DNA of 64,000 bases from Chrysemys picta bellii. Taxonomy: Eukaryota. The position numbers and the translations under genes are program-made. Shown piece by piece: positions 9,320 to 22,979 of this stretch. How positions within the stretch are numbered: the first letter of the stretch is position 1; the number at the start of each line of letters is the position of its first letter. The notes under the pieces were generated by a model. The model was given only the letters and a program-made list of their open reading frames with translations. It did no database searches and was not told the DNA's origin. The stretch spans positions 248,001 to 312,000 of the forward strand of contig NC_088803.1 of the NCBI RefSeq assembly GCF_011386835.1, written 5' to 3'.

Positions 9320-9868
9320 CATGGCAGCTCTGTGGCTCTTGTGAGCTTCTCTGTCTCTCCCCATAACCACACAGCCCCTATCTATCTTTGTGGATCTCTA
9401 CAAGTCATAGAAATGCTCCTAAAAATACTGAGCTGTCTTTGACATGCTGTGAGGTTGCATTTTCAAAGCTGCCTGAGGGACAGGCACACTCAGCCTGTTT
9501 TCAAATTAATAGGAATTGGAGATCCAAATGTTGTAGAGGACTTTGAAAATCTTGCCCGTATTACACAGATCTACATAGCTCAAACTCTTTACGTCCATCA
9601 TTATAACGTAGGTTTTCTAATCCTTCAATTATCCTCATGGCTCTTCTCTGATTCCTCTCCAATTTATCAGCACCCGTCTGGAATTGTGAACACCAGAACT
9701 GGACACAGTATTCCACCATTGGTCGAACCAGTGCCAAACAGGGAGGTAAAATCACCTCTATGCTCGTACTCGAGATTCCTCAGTTATGCACTCCAGGGTC
9801 ACATTAGGTCTTCTGGCCACAGCATCGCCCTGGGAGCTCACGTTCAGCTGATTTTCCACCATGACCCC

Positions 9869-10913
9869 TGTCATAAACATACAGCTAAGGGGAGAATAAA
9901 ATCCCTCCTTTACCTGTAAAGGGTTAAGAAGCTCAGAGAACCTGGTTGGCACCTGACCAAAAGGACCAATAAGGGGAGAAGATACTTTCAAATCTCTGGG
10001 GGAAGGTTTTTGTTTTGTTCTCTTTGTCTTGTTCTCTCCAGGTCAGTGAGGAACCAGGGCAGGGAAAATACATCTCCTAAAGCAGTGGTTCTCAAACTTT
10101 TGTACTGGTGACCCCTTTCACATAGCAAACCTCTGAGTGCGACGCCCCCCACATATACATTAAAAACACTTTTTAAATATATTTAACACCATTATAAATG
10201 CTGGATGGAAAGCAGGCTTTAGGGTAGAGGCTGACAGCTCACGACCCCCCCATGTAATAACCTTGCGACCCCCTGAGGGGTCCTAACCCCCAGTTTGAGA
10301 ACCCCTGTCCTAAAGCCATATCTGAACTAAGCATCTAAGATTACAAATTGTAAGTAATAGGAAGGAAATGCGTTAGATTATCTTTTGTTGTAGCTTGTGA
10401 ATTTTCCCTAAGTTAAGAGGGAGGTTTATACCTGTGTTTTTTTTTGTAACTTTAAAGTTTTGTGTAGAGGGGAATCCTCTGTGTTTTGAATCTGATTACC
10501 CTGTAAAATTACCTTCCATACTGATTTTACAGAGGTGCTTCTTTTACTTTTTCTTTATAATAAAGTTCTGCTTTTAAGAACCTGATTGGTCTTTAGTGTC
10601 CTAAAAACCCAAGGGCTGGTCTGTGCCCACTTTGTTAACCTATTTGGTTGGTATATTATTCTCAAGCCTCCCCAGGAAAGGGGGTGAAGGAGCTTGGGGG
10701 GATTTGGGGAGAAACAGGAACGGCAAGTGGTTCTTTTCCTGAATTTTTGTCTAACTCACTTGGTGGTGGCAGCGATACCATTCCAAGGACAAGGAAGAAT
10801 TTGTGCCATGGGGGAGTTTTTAACCTAAGCTGGTAGAGATAAGCTTATGGGGTCTTTCATGCGGGTCCCCACATCTGTACCTCAGAGTTCAGAGTGGGGA
10901 GGGAACCCTAACA
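9869..10913 (+). mobile_element. Solo LTR
   Basis: TGTCA...TAACA ends. 5-bp TSD ACCCC/ACCTC. Absent at the paralogous sites (about 18695, 24520). Confidence 0.8.
10083..10307. mobile_element. hAT-type MITE nested in the solo LTR
   Basis: CAGTGGTTCTCAAAC...GTTTGAGAACCCCTG. Perfect 8-bp TSD TCCTAAAG. Confidence 0.9.
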
Positions 10914-11817
10914 ACCTCCAAATCTTTTTCAGAGTCACTGCTCCCCAGGAGAGAGGCCCCCGTCCTGTAAGCAGAGCCTCGGATCTTTGTTCCTAGATGT
11001 ACAAGCTTATGTTTAACTGCAGTAAAATGAACATTGTTTACTTGCAGTCCCTTACTAAGTGATCCAGATCCCGACTGTGAAATAGATCGGTGGAGGTATT
11101 CAAGGCTTAGGCTTAGGTTTAGGATGGAAGTAGGTGGATTTTTCCCAGGGTGAGGGAGGAGCACACTGGTGTTATCCTAGGCTTAGCGTTAGGGAAAAGG
11201 TCAAAGGAATTCTGCTTGGCTTGAGGTTGGGCAGTTGGGCTACACTAGGGTTCAGGTGGCGCATGCAGTCAAAGTTACTAAGGGTTCGGGTAAGGCAGGA
11301 AGTGAATACATTTATGGCAGGGTTTATGCGGGCTAGGCAGGAAGTTATGCAAATGACGTCATATCTTTGGGGCTCAGTTCCCCACCTGAGACAGTGCGGT
11401 AAAAATTATTCCTTTCTCTCCCCCCGTTTCTGTTGTAAGCTCTTCGGGGCAGTTGCTGTCTCTCTCTGTGTGTCAGTGCAGCACCTCTTGCACCTGGGCC
11501 TCCAGGCCTCCCATATAACAGAAACAATAACGTACTGTTCAGAATTATCACTGACTCCTCGGACGTGGGTTTTAACCTTGTGCCCTTAAATGAAAATATA
11601 ATAAATAAAAAAAGTGAAAGGAACCTGGGTAGATAACATCTCCCTGCAGAACAGCGCATGCAAGCCCAACGTCCGGCCCCAGAAACAGCCCTGACGCCGG
11701 GGGAAGAGCGCCCCCTACTGAGCTGCCTGCACCACTCCCTGCACCACAGCGCCCCTTTTGTACTGCTGGGTTCATCCTGAATTTTCTCAGTTGTTTCGTT
11801 GCACTGGTCCAGGGAAC

Positions 11818-13243
11818 CATAAGAACATAAGACCATAAGAACGGCCGTACCGGGTCAGACCAAAGGTCCATCCAGCCCAGTATCCTGTCTACTGACAGTG
11901 GCCAATGCCAGGTGCCCCGGAGGGAGTGGACCAACAGGCAATGATCAGGTGATCACTCTCCTGCCATCCATCTCCATCCTCTGACAGACAGAGGCTAGGG
12001 ACACCATTCCTTACCCGTCCTGGCTAATAGCCATTAATGGACTTAACCACCATGAATTTATCCAGTTCTCTTTTAAATGCTGTTATAGTCCTAGCCTTCA
12101 CAACCTCCTCAGGTAAGGAGTTCCACAAGTTGACTGTGTGCTGCGTGAAGAAGAACTTCCTTGTATTTGTTTTAAACCTGCTGCCTGTTAATTTCATTTG
12201 GTGACCCCTAGTTCTTGTATTATGGGAATAAGTAAATAACTTTTCCTTATCCACTTTCTCCACATCACTCATGATTTTATAGACCTCTATCATATCCCCT
12301 CTTAGTCTCCTCTTTTCCAAGCTGAAAAGTCCTAACCTCTTTAATCTCTCCTCATATAGGACCCGTTCCAAACCCCTAATCATTTTAGTTGCCCTTCTCT
12401 GAACCTTTTCTAGTGCCAGTATATCTTTTTTTAGATGAAGAGACCACATCTGTACGTAGTATTTGAGATGTGGGCGTACCATCAATTTATATAAGGGCAA
12501 TAATATATTCTCAGTCTTATTCTCTATCCCCTTTTTAATGATTCCTAACATCCTGTTTGCTTTTTTGACCGTCTCTGCACACTGCGCGGACATCTTCAGA
12601 GAACAATCCACGGTGACTCCAAGATCTTTTTCCTGACTTGTTGTAGCTAAATTAGCCCCCATCATATTGTATGTATAGTTGGGGTTATTTTTTCCAATGT
12701 GCATTACTTTACATTTATCCACATTAAATTTCATTTGCCATTTTGTTGCCCAATCACTTAGTTTTGTGAGATCTTTTTGAAGTTCATTACAGTCTGCATT
12801 GGTCTTAACTATCTTGAGCAATTTAGTATCATCTGCAAACTTTGCCACCTCGCTGTTTACCCCTTTCTCCAGATGATTTATAAATAAGTTGAATAGGATT
12901 GGTCCGAGCACTGACCCTTGGGGAACACCACTAGTTACCCCTCTCCATTCTGAGAATTTACCATTAATTCCTACCCTTTGTTCCCGGTCTTTTAACCAGT
13001 TCTCAATCCATGAAAGGACCTTCCCTTTTATCCCATGACAACTTAATTTACGTAAGAGCCTTTGGTGAGGAACCTTGTCAAAGGCTTTCTGGAAATCTAA
13101 GTACACTATGTCCACTGGATTGTCCTTGTCCACATGTTTGTTGACCCCTTCAAAGAACTCTAATAGATTAGTAAGACACGATTTCCTTTTACAGAAACCA
13201 TGTTGACTATTGTTCAACAGTTTATGTTTTTCTATGTGTCTGA
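11818..13243 (-). mobile_element. CR1 LINE, 5'-truncated, with open RT C-terminal region
   Basis: About 400 uninterrupted codons with SQHGF, YLDFQKAFDKVPH, GVPQGSVLGP and FADDTKL. 3' tail (TTCTTATG)n. Absent from the paralog at about 27985. Confidence 0.95.
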
Positions 13244-14242
13244 CAATTTCCAAAGAGCCACAAATCCAGACTCTGGTGAGACTGAGAGAAGAAAACCTGG
13301 AATGGAAGATCAGGGCATAAGTTGTGAACATTAATTTGAAAAACCACAATAGATTCTGATAGACAATGGGAAACCTCCACTGACCTCCAAGCTGGGATAT
13401 TGTGTGGCCAGAGAGGGAGAAGCCGGGAGAGCAGGCGGCTGTAGTATTTGTAACTGAGAACTGTATCAATTCATCACACCTACATTTAAAGAGCCCATGG
13501 GAATTATTTGCCGACCATTATCTTGTGGCTAAGACAAAGACCTGGGACACAGGAGATCTGGGTTCCTGTACAGGCTCTGTAGAAGACTCCCTATTTGCTC
13601 TTGAGTAACACTAAATCGCATTGTGCCTCAGTTTCCCCACCTGTTATATACAAGGATAATTAAATCCTTTGTCACTCTCAGCTATTAAATGTGTATCACA
13701 TTCAGGCTGGGACTGTCTCTATGTGTTGGTGCTGGGTGTAGGAGAAAGGGGCCCACGACTCAGTTCCAGACTATAGGTCCTTCCATAATACCCATGATAA
13801 CAATAGTGATAATACAAATTAAAATAGTCAAATGCGGTTCCGGCTCCGGTGTACATGGCAGTGACACATGGACTTCAGCTGATGCAGCCAAGAATAACTT
13901 CTGAGCCTGGTACCAGCGCAGTGAGAAGGCCCAGCCTGGGGACTCATTAAAAATGTCAACATTTTAATTAACCCCAACGGCCATTGCACCCCGTGGGATG
14001 GTCTGACTGGGCTGGGGATAACACAGCTACAGAGATTAATTATACCGTCTGCTTCTGCCCCCTCGTCCTGGCTCCCAAGTAAGACGCCCCCCAGAGAAGA
14101 GCGGGAAATGATAGCGATTAGCGGAATCGCAAGGGGCCTTATTAAAACTGTGGTGCTGGGACACCACAAATAGATTGATGAGATCATTGCTGGAAACCCC
14201 CCTAATCTAGCCCTGTCTCTCTCACATACCTCTCTGTGTGGT

Positions 14243-14581
14243 GTCTATAGATTTGTCTACATCAGCGGTTTTCAAACTGTGGGTCGGGATCCCGATGTGG
14301 GCCCCACCCCATTCTAATGGGGTCGCTAGGGCTCGCTTAGACTTCCTGGGGCAAGGGGATGAAGCCAAAGTCCAAGCCCCAATGTCTGGGGCCGAAGATG
14401 CAGTGGGGCTGAGATTACAGGCCCTCGGCCTGGGGCTGAAGCCTGCAGGCCAGTGGAGCTTTGGCTCTGTCCGCCCTGCCTGGGGTGGCTGGGCTCGGGT
14501 GGGCTCAGGCTTCGGTCCCTCCTCCTGGGGTCATATTGTAATTTTTTTTGTCAGAAGGGAGTCGTGGTTTGATAACCTCCG
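14243..14581. mobile_element. hAT-type MITE
   Basis: CAGCGGTTTTCAAAC...GTTTGATAACCTCCG. 8-bp TSD GTCTACAT/GTCTACAC. Confidence 0.8.
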
Positions 14582-17149
14582 GTCTACACTATAGAGCTTC
14601 CCACTGATGTAGCTAACCGCTGCCAACCTCTCCGCCTAGAGGCACAGCAGAGGTGCAAGACGAGGTTTGTGTCTATTCCGCTTACATGGCTAGTGAGGGA
14701 GCAGGTTTTGTTAACGTAAATGAGCCGTAATCCTCTAAAGACCCTTTCTCCTGACCCCTGATTGTGCAAAGGGGTGGGCAAGAGAACAAGCGCAAGGCCC
14801 AGAAGGACGCAGCGCGACGTTCATCCCAATGACAAGAGGAGGGATGGCATTGATAACCCTTCTATGTTTGGGTTTAGAGAGATAGACACTGAAAAGCAGC
14901 GTCTCTCTCACACGGTCTATCTCACACTGCACCCAGTACACTGGTGCCATGATCGTCTTAGAGTTGGGGAGGGAGGCGGGAGGGTTACTGTGCTGCCAAA
15001 AATGACTCAATGCTCTTCTTGAAGTCTCTTCCGTACTGCGAAGAGTGATGAGAAGTGGTGCCCAGGACGTATGCTGCCCTCTGTCCGCACAGCGGTGAAT
15101 TTCACCCTCACACGTAACCACACAAGGGCACAGAGACACAGAGAAGGGGCAGGGGGACAGCAGGGGACACAAACCAAGGACAAAGCTCTGTTGGCTTCAG
15201 AGGCCTCCAGCTGCACCTCTGGCCCAGGTTACTCCTATTTCACACCCCTGCGGGGAATTCTCTGGTGTTGTCACACGGCAGGAGAGCCTAGACCAGCATG
15301 AACGTCCCCTCCCCCCTTACAATGTCGGGGTCAGATTCTCAGCTGGTAGAAATCTACACAGCTCCTTTGATCCCAGTGGAGTTACTCCTGATTTACACCA
15401 GGGCGCGCGGCTGAGAGGGGAAACAGCCCCAGGGAATCCAATGGAGTCCCCCAGGAGTCAGGTCAGGGGGAGCGAGAGCAGAATCCGGACCCCGGTGGAG
15501 CGGGGGATCTGGCTCTTTCAGTTCAATGGCGCTACAGTTATTGATGCCGGCGGAGGACCTGGTCCCGGGGGTCTATGAGCGTTATGGACAATGATGCAGA
15601 ATCTCCGTTAATTGGCGACTCTGCCGAGGTCTCAGCCTGGGAGTCTGGCGGGATTCGGGGCCCTGGTCCCGATGGGCCCAAAGGGGATTTAAAGACCATG
15701 GAGAGCCGTAAGGAGGCTGGAAGCTGTGAGAAAGCTGTGGGGCTCGGCAGCAGTGTGGGGGATACGCTGTGGCAGCCCTCGCTAGCTTCGGAGCGGATTA
15801 GGTCTCCGGGTTGGATACCAAGAGCCCAGGCTGTGCACCTCTCCTGGGCGATGGGCCGTTTGGGATAAGGAAGCTGGATGGTGCTACAGAGGAGTCACGG
15901 CCGGGGACAGAAAGAAGAATTCCAGCCAGCTGGAGCGGCCCTTCCCAATGCAGCCAGTGTAAGACTCCTGCTTCGGTAAAGTCCTTCTCGCTCTGTCCCT
16001 CAGTCTCTGCCTGTCTCTGAATCTGCCAGTCTCTGTCTCGCGCCGAGGAAGATGTCAGCCCAATATTTTCTTTAGAAAGAAATCGATCGATCCATCCATC
16101 CATCCTTCTCTGTGTGCCTGCCTGCCAGTCTGTCTGTCTGTGTGTATCTATCCTTTATCTCCCTCTCTCCATGTGTTACAGCCCCAACCTGCCAGCGTCT
16201 CCCCTTCAGCCCAGCCTCCCCTGCACGGGGAAAACTCCCCGGCCAAATGCAAACAGACACTTTGTTATTGTCCTTCAAATCTCACCTTAAAAATCCCTCT
16301 GGCAGGTTATTCACAGACCCCAGCCTGCTGATCACAGCCGAGCAGATGACAAGCTGCAGCCAGGGGTGTTGGAACAATTTATGTCATGGGGGTGCTGAAC
16401 CAAACTGTGAACACTGGAAATGATGGAAAATACGTCAAGCCAGGGGGTTCAGCCACCCCCCCAGCCTCCCGAGTTCCAGAACCTCTGGGTGTGGCTATTC
16501 CCCTTCTCCTTCTTTCCTTTTCCTTCTCTCTCTAACCCCAATAAAAAACCCCAAACAATCATTAACAAAGCTGGGGCAATTCTTCACCGCATTCATTGGT
16601 CTGTATGTTCCATCCTCCTCCTCTTCCTTAACAGAAACATGCAGCACTATGTGCTTTTATAAAAACGATACTCTACCCAAAGAAGGCACTGCAATGCAGA
16701 GAGGGCCATCTCTCTGCGGAGAGGAGGAGAGAGAACAAACCACATGACAAATGTTAGATAGAATCAGACGTCTCTAATGTAGCATGGTGATAAGAGTGGG
16801 GTGAAGGCCCAAATAGAATAGAATTGAAGAAAATGGAATAAGACAGGAGAGAAGAGAAGAAACTAGGATAGAATAGAATGGAACAAAATAGAATAGACGT
16901 CCCCTTTGTCTGTTCATTTCTGGACTGTAAGGCCTTCAAGGCAGCCATTTTCTCTCTCTATGTTCAGCACCAGCCCAGTGAGGCCCTGACACCAAGTGGC
17001 ATTACAATGATAGAAATTTACACCGCTCCTAGTGACAGTGAGTCGTGGGGGCAGTGGAAGGAAGGGTGAGCATTGCAGCTATAGAATGACGGGTCTCTTT
17101 GTTTCTCACTGGCATTATTTCTCTCCCCTACCCCAGGAATGAGTCCCAC

Positions 17150-18082
17150 ATGGGGCGGGTCAACCACACTATGGTGACTCATTTCATCCTCTTAGGGATC
17201 CCCAACACCGACGGCCTCCAGACCATCCTCTTCATCACCTTCTTAGCCTTCTACCTCTGCACCCTGTTGGGCAACCTGCTCATCTTCTCAGCCATCCTCG
17301 CTGACCCCCGCCTGCACACCCCCATGTACTTCTTCCTCTGCAACCTCTCTGTGCTGGACATTGGAATCTCTTCCATCAGCATCCCTAAATTGCTGGCCAA
17401 CCTCTGGGCTCAGAGCAGGTACATCTCGCTGGGCGGGTGCATGTCCCAGGTCTTCTTCTGGCACTTCCTGGGCAGTACCGAGTGCCTGCTCTACACCGTC
17501 ATGGCCTACGACCGGTACGTGGCCATCTGCCACCCGCTGCGCTACCTGCTCGTCATGAACCGGAGGGTGTGCGCCCTCCTGGCCGCTGGCACCTGGATCA
17601 CCAGCTGCTTCCACGCCACCATCCTCACCAGCCTGACCTTCACGCTGCCCTACTGCGGGTCCAACGTGGTGGACTATTTCTTCTGTGACATCTTCCCTGT
17701 GGTCAAGCTGGCCTGTGCGGACACGTACGTCATCGAGACTGTGAGCTTCACCAATATTGGGGTGGTGCCCATGACCTGCTTCCTCCTCATCCTCGCCTCC
17801 TATGTCAGGATCATCTACTCCGTCCTGAAGATGAACTCAGCCGAAGGGCGGCGCAAAGCAGCCTCCACTTGCACCTCGCATCTAGTGGTGGTGACGCTGT
17901 TCTTCGGGCCCTGTGCCCTGGTCTACACACAGCCCCAGCTAAGCAAAGTGCTGGTGACCCCTGTGCACATATTCGGCAACGTGGTCACGCCCATGCTGAA
18001 CCCGGCCATCTACACTCTGAGGAACAAGGAGGTGAAAGCGGCTCTGAGAAAACTGAGAGGGGGTCCAACGCCTGCACGTTGA
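17150..18082 (+). CDS. Olfactory receptor, OR10D-like (copy 2), 310 aa
   Basis: All canonical OR motifs present; intact frame. Confidence 0.95.
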   Translation: MGRVNHTMVTHFILLGIPNTDGLQTILFITFLAFYLCTLLGNLLIFSAILADPRLHTPMYFFLCNLSVLDIGISSISIPKLLANLWAQSRYISLGGCMSQVFFWHFLGSTECLLYTVMAYDRYVAICHPLRYLLVMNRRVCALLAAGTWITSCFHATILTSLTFTLPYCGSNVVDYFFCDIFPVVKLACADTYVIETVSFTNIGVVPMTCFLLILASYVRIIYSVLKMNSAEGRRKAASTCTSHLVVVTLFFGPCALVYTQPQLSKVLVTPVHIFGNVVTPMLNPAIYTLRNKEVKAALRKLRGGPTPAR

Positions 18083-20290
18083 TGCAGTGAGGCAGCTGCA
18101 GGAGTAGCATTTGGGTCTGCATAGAAATACATCGACAAACACACCTGTATGGCTGCTCCGTGGCTCTTGTGAACCTCTGTCTCTCCCCATCCCCACACAG
18201 TCCCTCTCTATCTATGTGGATCTCTACAAGTCATAGAAATGCTCCTAAAAATACCGAGCTGTCTTTGACATACTGTAAGGCTGATCTTTTCAAAGCCACT
18301 TGAGGGACAGGCACACTCAGCCTGCATCAAAATTGATAGGAACTGGAGACCCAAACCTTGTAGAGGATTTTGAAAATCTCAGCCTTATTACCCAGCTCTA
18401 CATAGCTCGAACTCTTTAACCCTATCATTATAAGGCTGTTTTTCTAATCCTTCAGTTATTCTCATGGGTCTTCTCTGATTCCTCTCCAATTTATCAGCAC
18501 CTGTCTGGAATTGTGAACACCAGAACTGGACACAACGTATTCTACCAGTGTTCACACCAGTGCCAAACAGGGAGGTAAAATCACCTCTATGCTCGTACTC
18601 GAGATTCCTCCTTTATGCATCCCAGGGTCGCATTAGCTCTTCTGGCCCGAGCGTCACACTGGGAGCTCACGTTCAGCTGATTCTCCACCACGACCCCAAA
18701 TGTTTTTCAGAGTCACGGCTCCCCAGGAGATAGTCCCCTGTGCTATAAGCACAACCCTGATTTTTGTTTTCTAGATGTACGTGCATATGTTCAGCTGCAT
18801 TGAAATGCACATTGTTTGCTTGCGCCCCCTTACCCAGCGATCCTGATCCCGACTGGGGAGGAGGTCAGAGGAGCTATTCCAGGGTTGGGGTTCAGAGGGA
18901 GGTCAGTGGAGTTTTCCCAGGGTGAGGGAGGAGGACACTGGTGTTAGCCTAGGGTTAGCGTTAGGGTCGGGGAAAAGGCCAAAGGAATTCTGCTCGGATT
19001 GAGGCAGGGCAGCTGGGTGACGTTAGGGTTCAGGTGACGCGTGAAGTCAATCAAGTTACCCAGGGTTTGGGTGAGGCAGGAAGTGAATACATTTATGGCA
19101 GGGTTTCTGAAGGCTAGGTAGGAAGTGAGGCGAATGACGTTATCTCTTTGGGGCTCAGTTCCCCAACTGAGAGACTGTGGTAAAAATTATTCTTTTCTCC
19201 CCCCCGTTTCTGTTGTAAGCTCTTCGGGGCAGGGGCTGTCTCTCGCTGTGTGTCAGTGCAGCACCCCTTGCACCTGGGCCTCCAGGCCTCACATACAACA
19301 GAAACAATAATGTACTGATCAGAATTATCACTGACTCCTCGGACGTGGGTTTTAGCCTTGTGTCCTTGACATGGAAAAAAATAAAAAAAGTGACAGGAAC
19401 TTGGGGCAGATACCGTGAGCCAGGCCCCTGGTCCTGAGTGACCGTGGAGCGAGAAGCAGGGAGAGTAGGCAGCTATAGTATTTGTAACTGAGAACTGTAT
19501 CAATTCATCACACCTACATTTAAAGAGCCCATGGGAATTATTTGCAAACCATTACCTTGTGGCTAAGACAAAGACCTGGGACACAGGAGATCTGGGTTCA
19601 AGTACAGGCTCTGTAGAAGACTCAATATTTGCCTTTGAGTAACTCATTAAATTGCTTCGTCCCTCAGTTTCCCCACCTGTTATATACACAGATAATTAAA
19701 TCCTTTGTCACTCTCAGCTATTAAATGTGTATCACATTCAGGCTGGGCCTGTGTCTCTGTATCTGTGCTGGGTGTAGCACAAAGGGGCCCATGTCTCAGT
19801 CCCAGACTGTACGTTCCACCATAACACCCATGATAACAAGAGGGATAATACAAATTAAAATAGTCAAATGCAGTTCCGGCTCTGGTGTGTGTGGCAATGA
19901 CACACGGAACTCAGCTGATGGAAACCAAGAATAACTTGTGAGCCTGGTACCAGTGCAGTGAGAAGGCCCAGCCTGGGGACTCATTAGAAATGTCAACATT
20001 TTAATTAATCCCAACGGCCATTGCACCCCGTGGGATGGTCTGACTGGGCTGGGGATAACACAGCTACAGAGATTAATTATACCGTCTGCTTCTGCCCCCT
20101 TGTCCTGGCTCCCAAGTAAGACACTCACCAGAGAAGAGCGGGAAATGATAGCGATTAGCGGAATCGCAAGGGGCCTTATTACAACTGCGGTGCTGGGACA
20201 CCACAAATGGATCGATGAGATCACTGCTGGAGCCCCCCCAATCTAGCCCTGTCTCTCTCACATCCCTCTCTGTGTGGTGTCGATGGATTT

Positions 20291-20350
20291 GTCTACACTA
20301 TAGAGCTTCCCAGCGATGTCGCTAACCACCGCCAACCCCTTAGTGTAGAC
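20291..20350. mobile_element. Small degenerate Harbinger-like MITE relic
   Basis: GTCTACACTA...TAGTGTAGAC inverted ends match the TIR core of the 41221-46073 Harbinger. Present in each duplicated unit. Confidence 0.5.
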
Positions 20351-22979
20351 GCACAGTAGAGGTGCAAGATGAAACTTGTGTCTATTCCGCTTACCTGGCT
20401 AGTGAAGGAGCAGCTTTCGCTCACTTAAATCAGCTGCAATCATCTAAAGACCCTTTCTCCTGACCCCTGATTGTGCAAAGGGGTGGGTAAGAGAACACGC
20501 GTGAGGCCCAGAAAGAAGCCGAGCGACGTTCATCCCGATGTAGAGAGGAGGGTGTGATGGCTAATGCTTGGACTGGAACCCAGGAAAGCTGAACTAGATG
20601 CCCAGCTCTTCCACACACTCCCTTTGTGACCTTACACAACTCGATCAGATTGAGAATTTCAAAAAGCCAGCAGGAATTAAGTGTCCAATGCCCACTGCAC
20701 TTGAATGAGTTTTGGGATCCTGGCTCCTTTGACAATCAAACCCTGAAATTCTCTGTGCCTCAGTTCCCCCTTGTAAAATGGGGCTGGTAATTCTTACTGT
20801 GTTTGGTTTATTCAGATGGTGAACTCTGAATGGCCGAGCCTGTCTGAGTTTGTGTCTGAGCGGCAGCCAGAACAACAGTGCCAGGCTCTTCACGGAGTTG
20901 GGGGGGCTGCTATACTGCGAAAAGTGATGAGAAGTGGTGCGCAGGACGTATGCTGCCCTCTGTCCGCACAGCGGTGAATTTCACCCTCACACATAACCAC
21001 ACAAGGGCACAGAGACACAGAGAAGGGGCAGGGGGACAGCAGGGGACACAAACCAAGGACAAAGCTCTGTTGGCTTCAGAGGCCTCCAGCTGCACCTCTG
21101 GCCCAGGTTACTCCTATTTCACACCCCTGCGGGGAATTCTCTGGTGTTGTCACACGGCAGGAGAGCCTAGACCAGCATGAACGTCCCCTCCCCCCTTACA
21201 ATGTCGGGATCAGATTCTCAGCTGGTAGAAATCTACACAGCTCCTTTGATGCCAGTGGAGTTACTCCTGATTTACACCAGAGCGCGCGGCTGAGAGGGGA
21301 AACAGCCCCAGGGAATCCAATGGAGTCCCCCAGGAGTCAGGTCAGGGGGAGCGAGAGCAGAATCCGGACCCCGGTGGAGCGGGGGATCTGGCTCTTTCAG
21401 TTCAATGGCAGTACAGTTATTGATGCCGGCGGAGGACCTGGTCCCGGGGGTCTATGAGCGTTATGGACAATGATGCAGAATCTCCGTTAATTGGCGACTC
21501 TGCCGAGGTCTCAGCCTGGGAGTCTGGTGGGATTCAGGGCCCTGGTCCCGACGGGCCCGAAAGGGATTTAAAGACCATGGAGAGCCGTAAGGAGGCTGGA
21601 AGCTGTGAGAAAGCTGTGGGGCTCGGCAGCAGTGTGGGGGATACGCTGTGGCAGCCCTCGCTAGCTTCGGAGCGGACTAGGTCGCCTCTCCTGGGCGATG
21701 GGCCGTTTGGGATAAGGAAGCTGGATGGTGCTACAGAGGAGTCACGGCCGGGGACAGAAAGAAGAATTCCAGCCAGCTGGAGCGGCCCCTCCCAATGCAG
21801 CCAGTGTAAGACTCCTGCTTCGGTAAAGTCCTTCTCGCTCTGTCCCTCAGTCTCTGCCTGTCTCTGAATCTGCCAGTCTCTGTCTCGCGCCGAGGAAGAT
21901 GTCAGCCCAATATTTTCTTTAGAGAGAAATCGATCGATCCATCCATCCATCCTTCTCTGTGTGCCTGCCTGCCAGTCTGTCTGTCTGTCTGTATCTATCC
22001 TTTATCTCCCTCTCTCCATGTGTTACAGCCCCAACCTGCCAGCATCTCCCCTTCAGCCCAGCCTCTCCTGCACAGGGAAAACTCCCCGGCCAAATGCAAA
22101 CAGACACTTCGTTATTGTCCTTCAAATCTCACCTTAAAAATCCCTCTGGCAGGTTATCCACAGAGCCCAGCCTGCTGATCACGGCCGAGCAGATGACAAG
22201 CTGCAGCCAGGGGTGTTGGAACAATTTGTGTCATGGGGGTGCTGAGAGCCATTGAAACGAACTGTGAACCCTGGAAATGATGGAAACGACGTCAAGGGAG
22301 AGGATGAGGTAGCCCCCCCGACCTGTGGCTATTCTTCATCTCCTTTCTCTTTCCTTCTCTTTCTATCCCCAATTAACCCCTCTATAATTCACAACATTCA
22401 CAAAGCTGGGGCAATTCTTCCCCCCATTCAATTGTTTGTATGTTCCATCCTTGTCCTCTTCCTTAATACAAACATGGAGCAGCCCATGCAATTATAACAA
22501 CAAAACCCTACCAAAACAAAGCTCTGCACTGCACAAACGGTCATCTCTCTGCAGAGACCCTGAGAGAGAGAACGAACCACACATGAGAAATGTTAGCCAC
22601 AAATGAGAGGCTCTAAGGTACTGTGGTGATAAGGGTGGGGAAAGGGCCTAGATAGAATAGAATTGAAGCAGTTGGAATAGGACAGGAGAGAAGAGAAGAA
22701 ACTGGAACAGAATAGAATAGAATTGATGTCCCCTTTTTTGTCTCTGGACTGTAGGATCTTCAAGACAGACATTTTCTCTCCCTACATTCAGTGCAAGCCC
22801 AGTGAGGCCCTGACCCCAACTGGCATTACAATGATAGAAATTTACACCGCTCCTAGTGACAGTGAGTCGTGGGGGCAGCGGAAGGAAGGGTGAGCATTGC
22901 AGCTATAGGATGACAGGTCTTTTCGTTTCAGTAACTCATTGGCATTATTTCACTCCCCATCCCCAGGAATGAGTCCCAC

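Larger units (their letters stand above)
9585..11075 (-). mobile_element. Old CR1 ORF2 fragment in the OR 3' flank, split by a solo LTR
   Basis: Minus-strand translation VEYCVQFW...DKLERNQRRAMRIIEGLENL. Paralogous copies at about 18410-18850, 24230-24680 and (inverted) 63410-63810. Confidence 0.7.

Noticed and set aside
13244-13469. N-terminal 70 aa of the 481-aa RT ORF as a host-LINE fusion gene
   Set aside because: Chance read-through into flank that also exists without CR1 in paralogs (28000-28213). No promoter or splice evidence.
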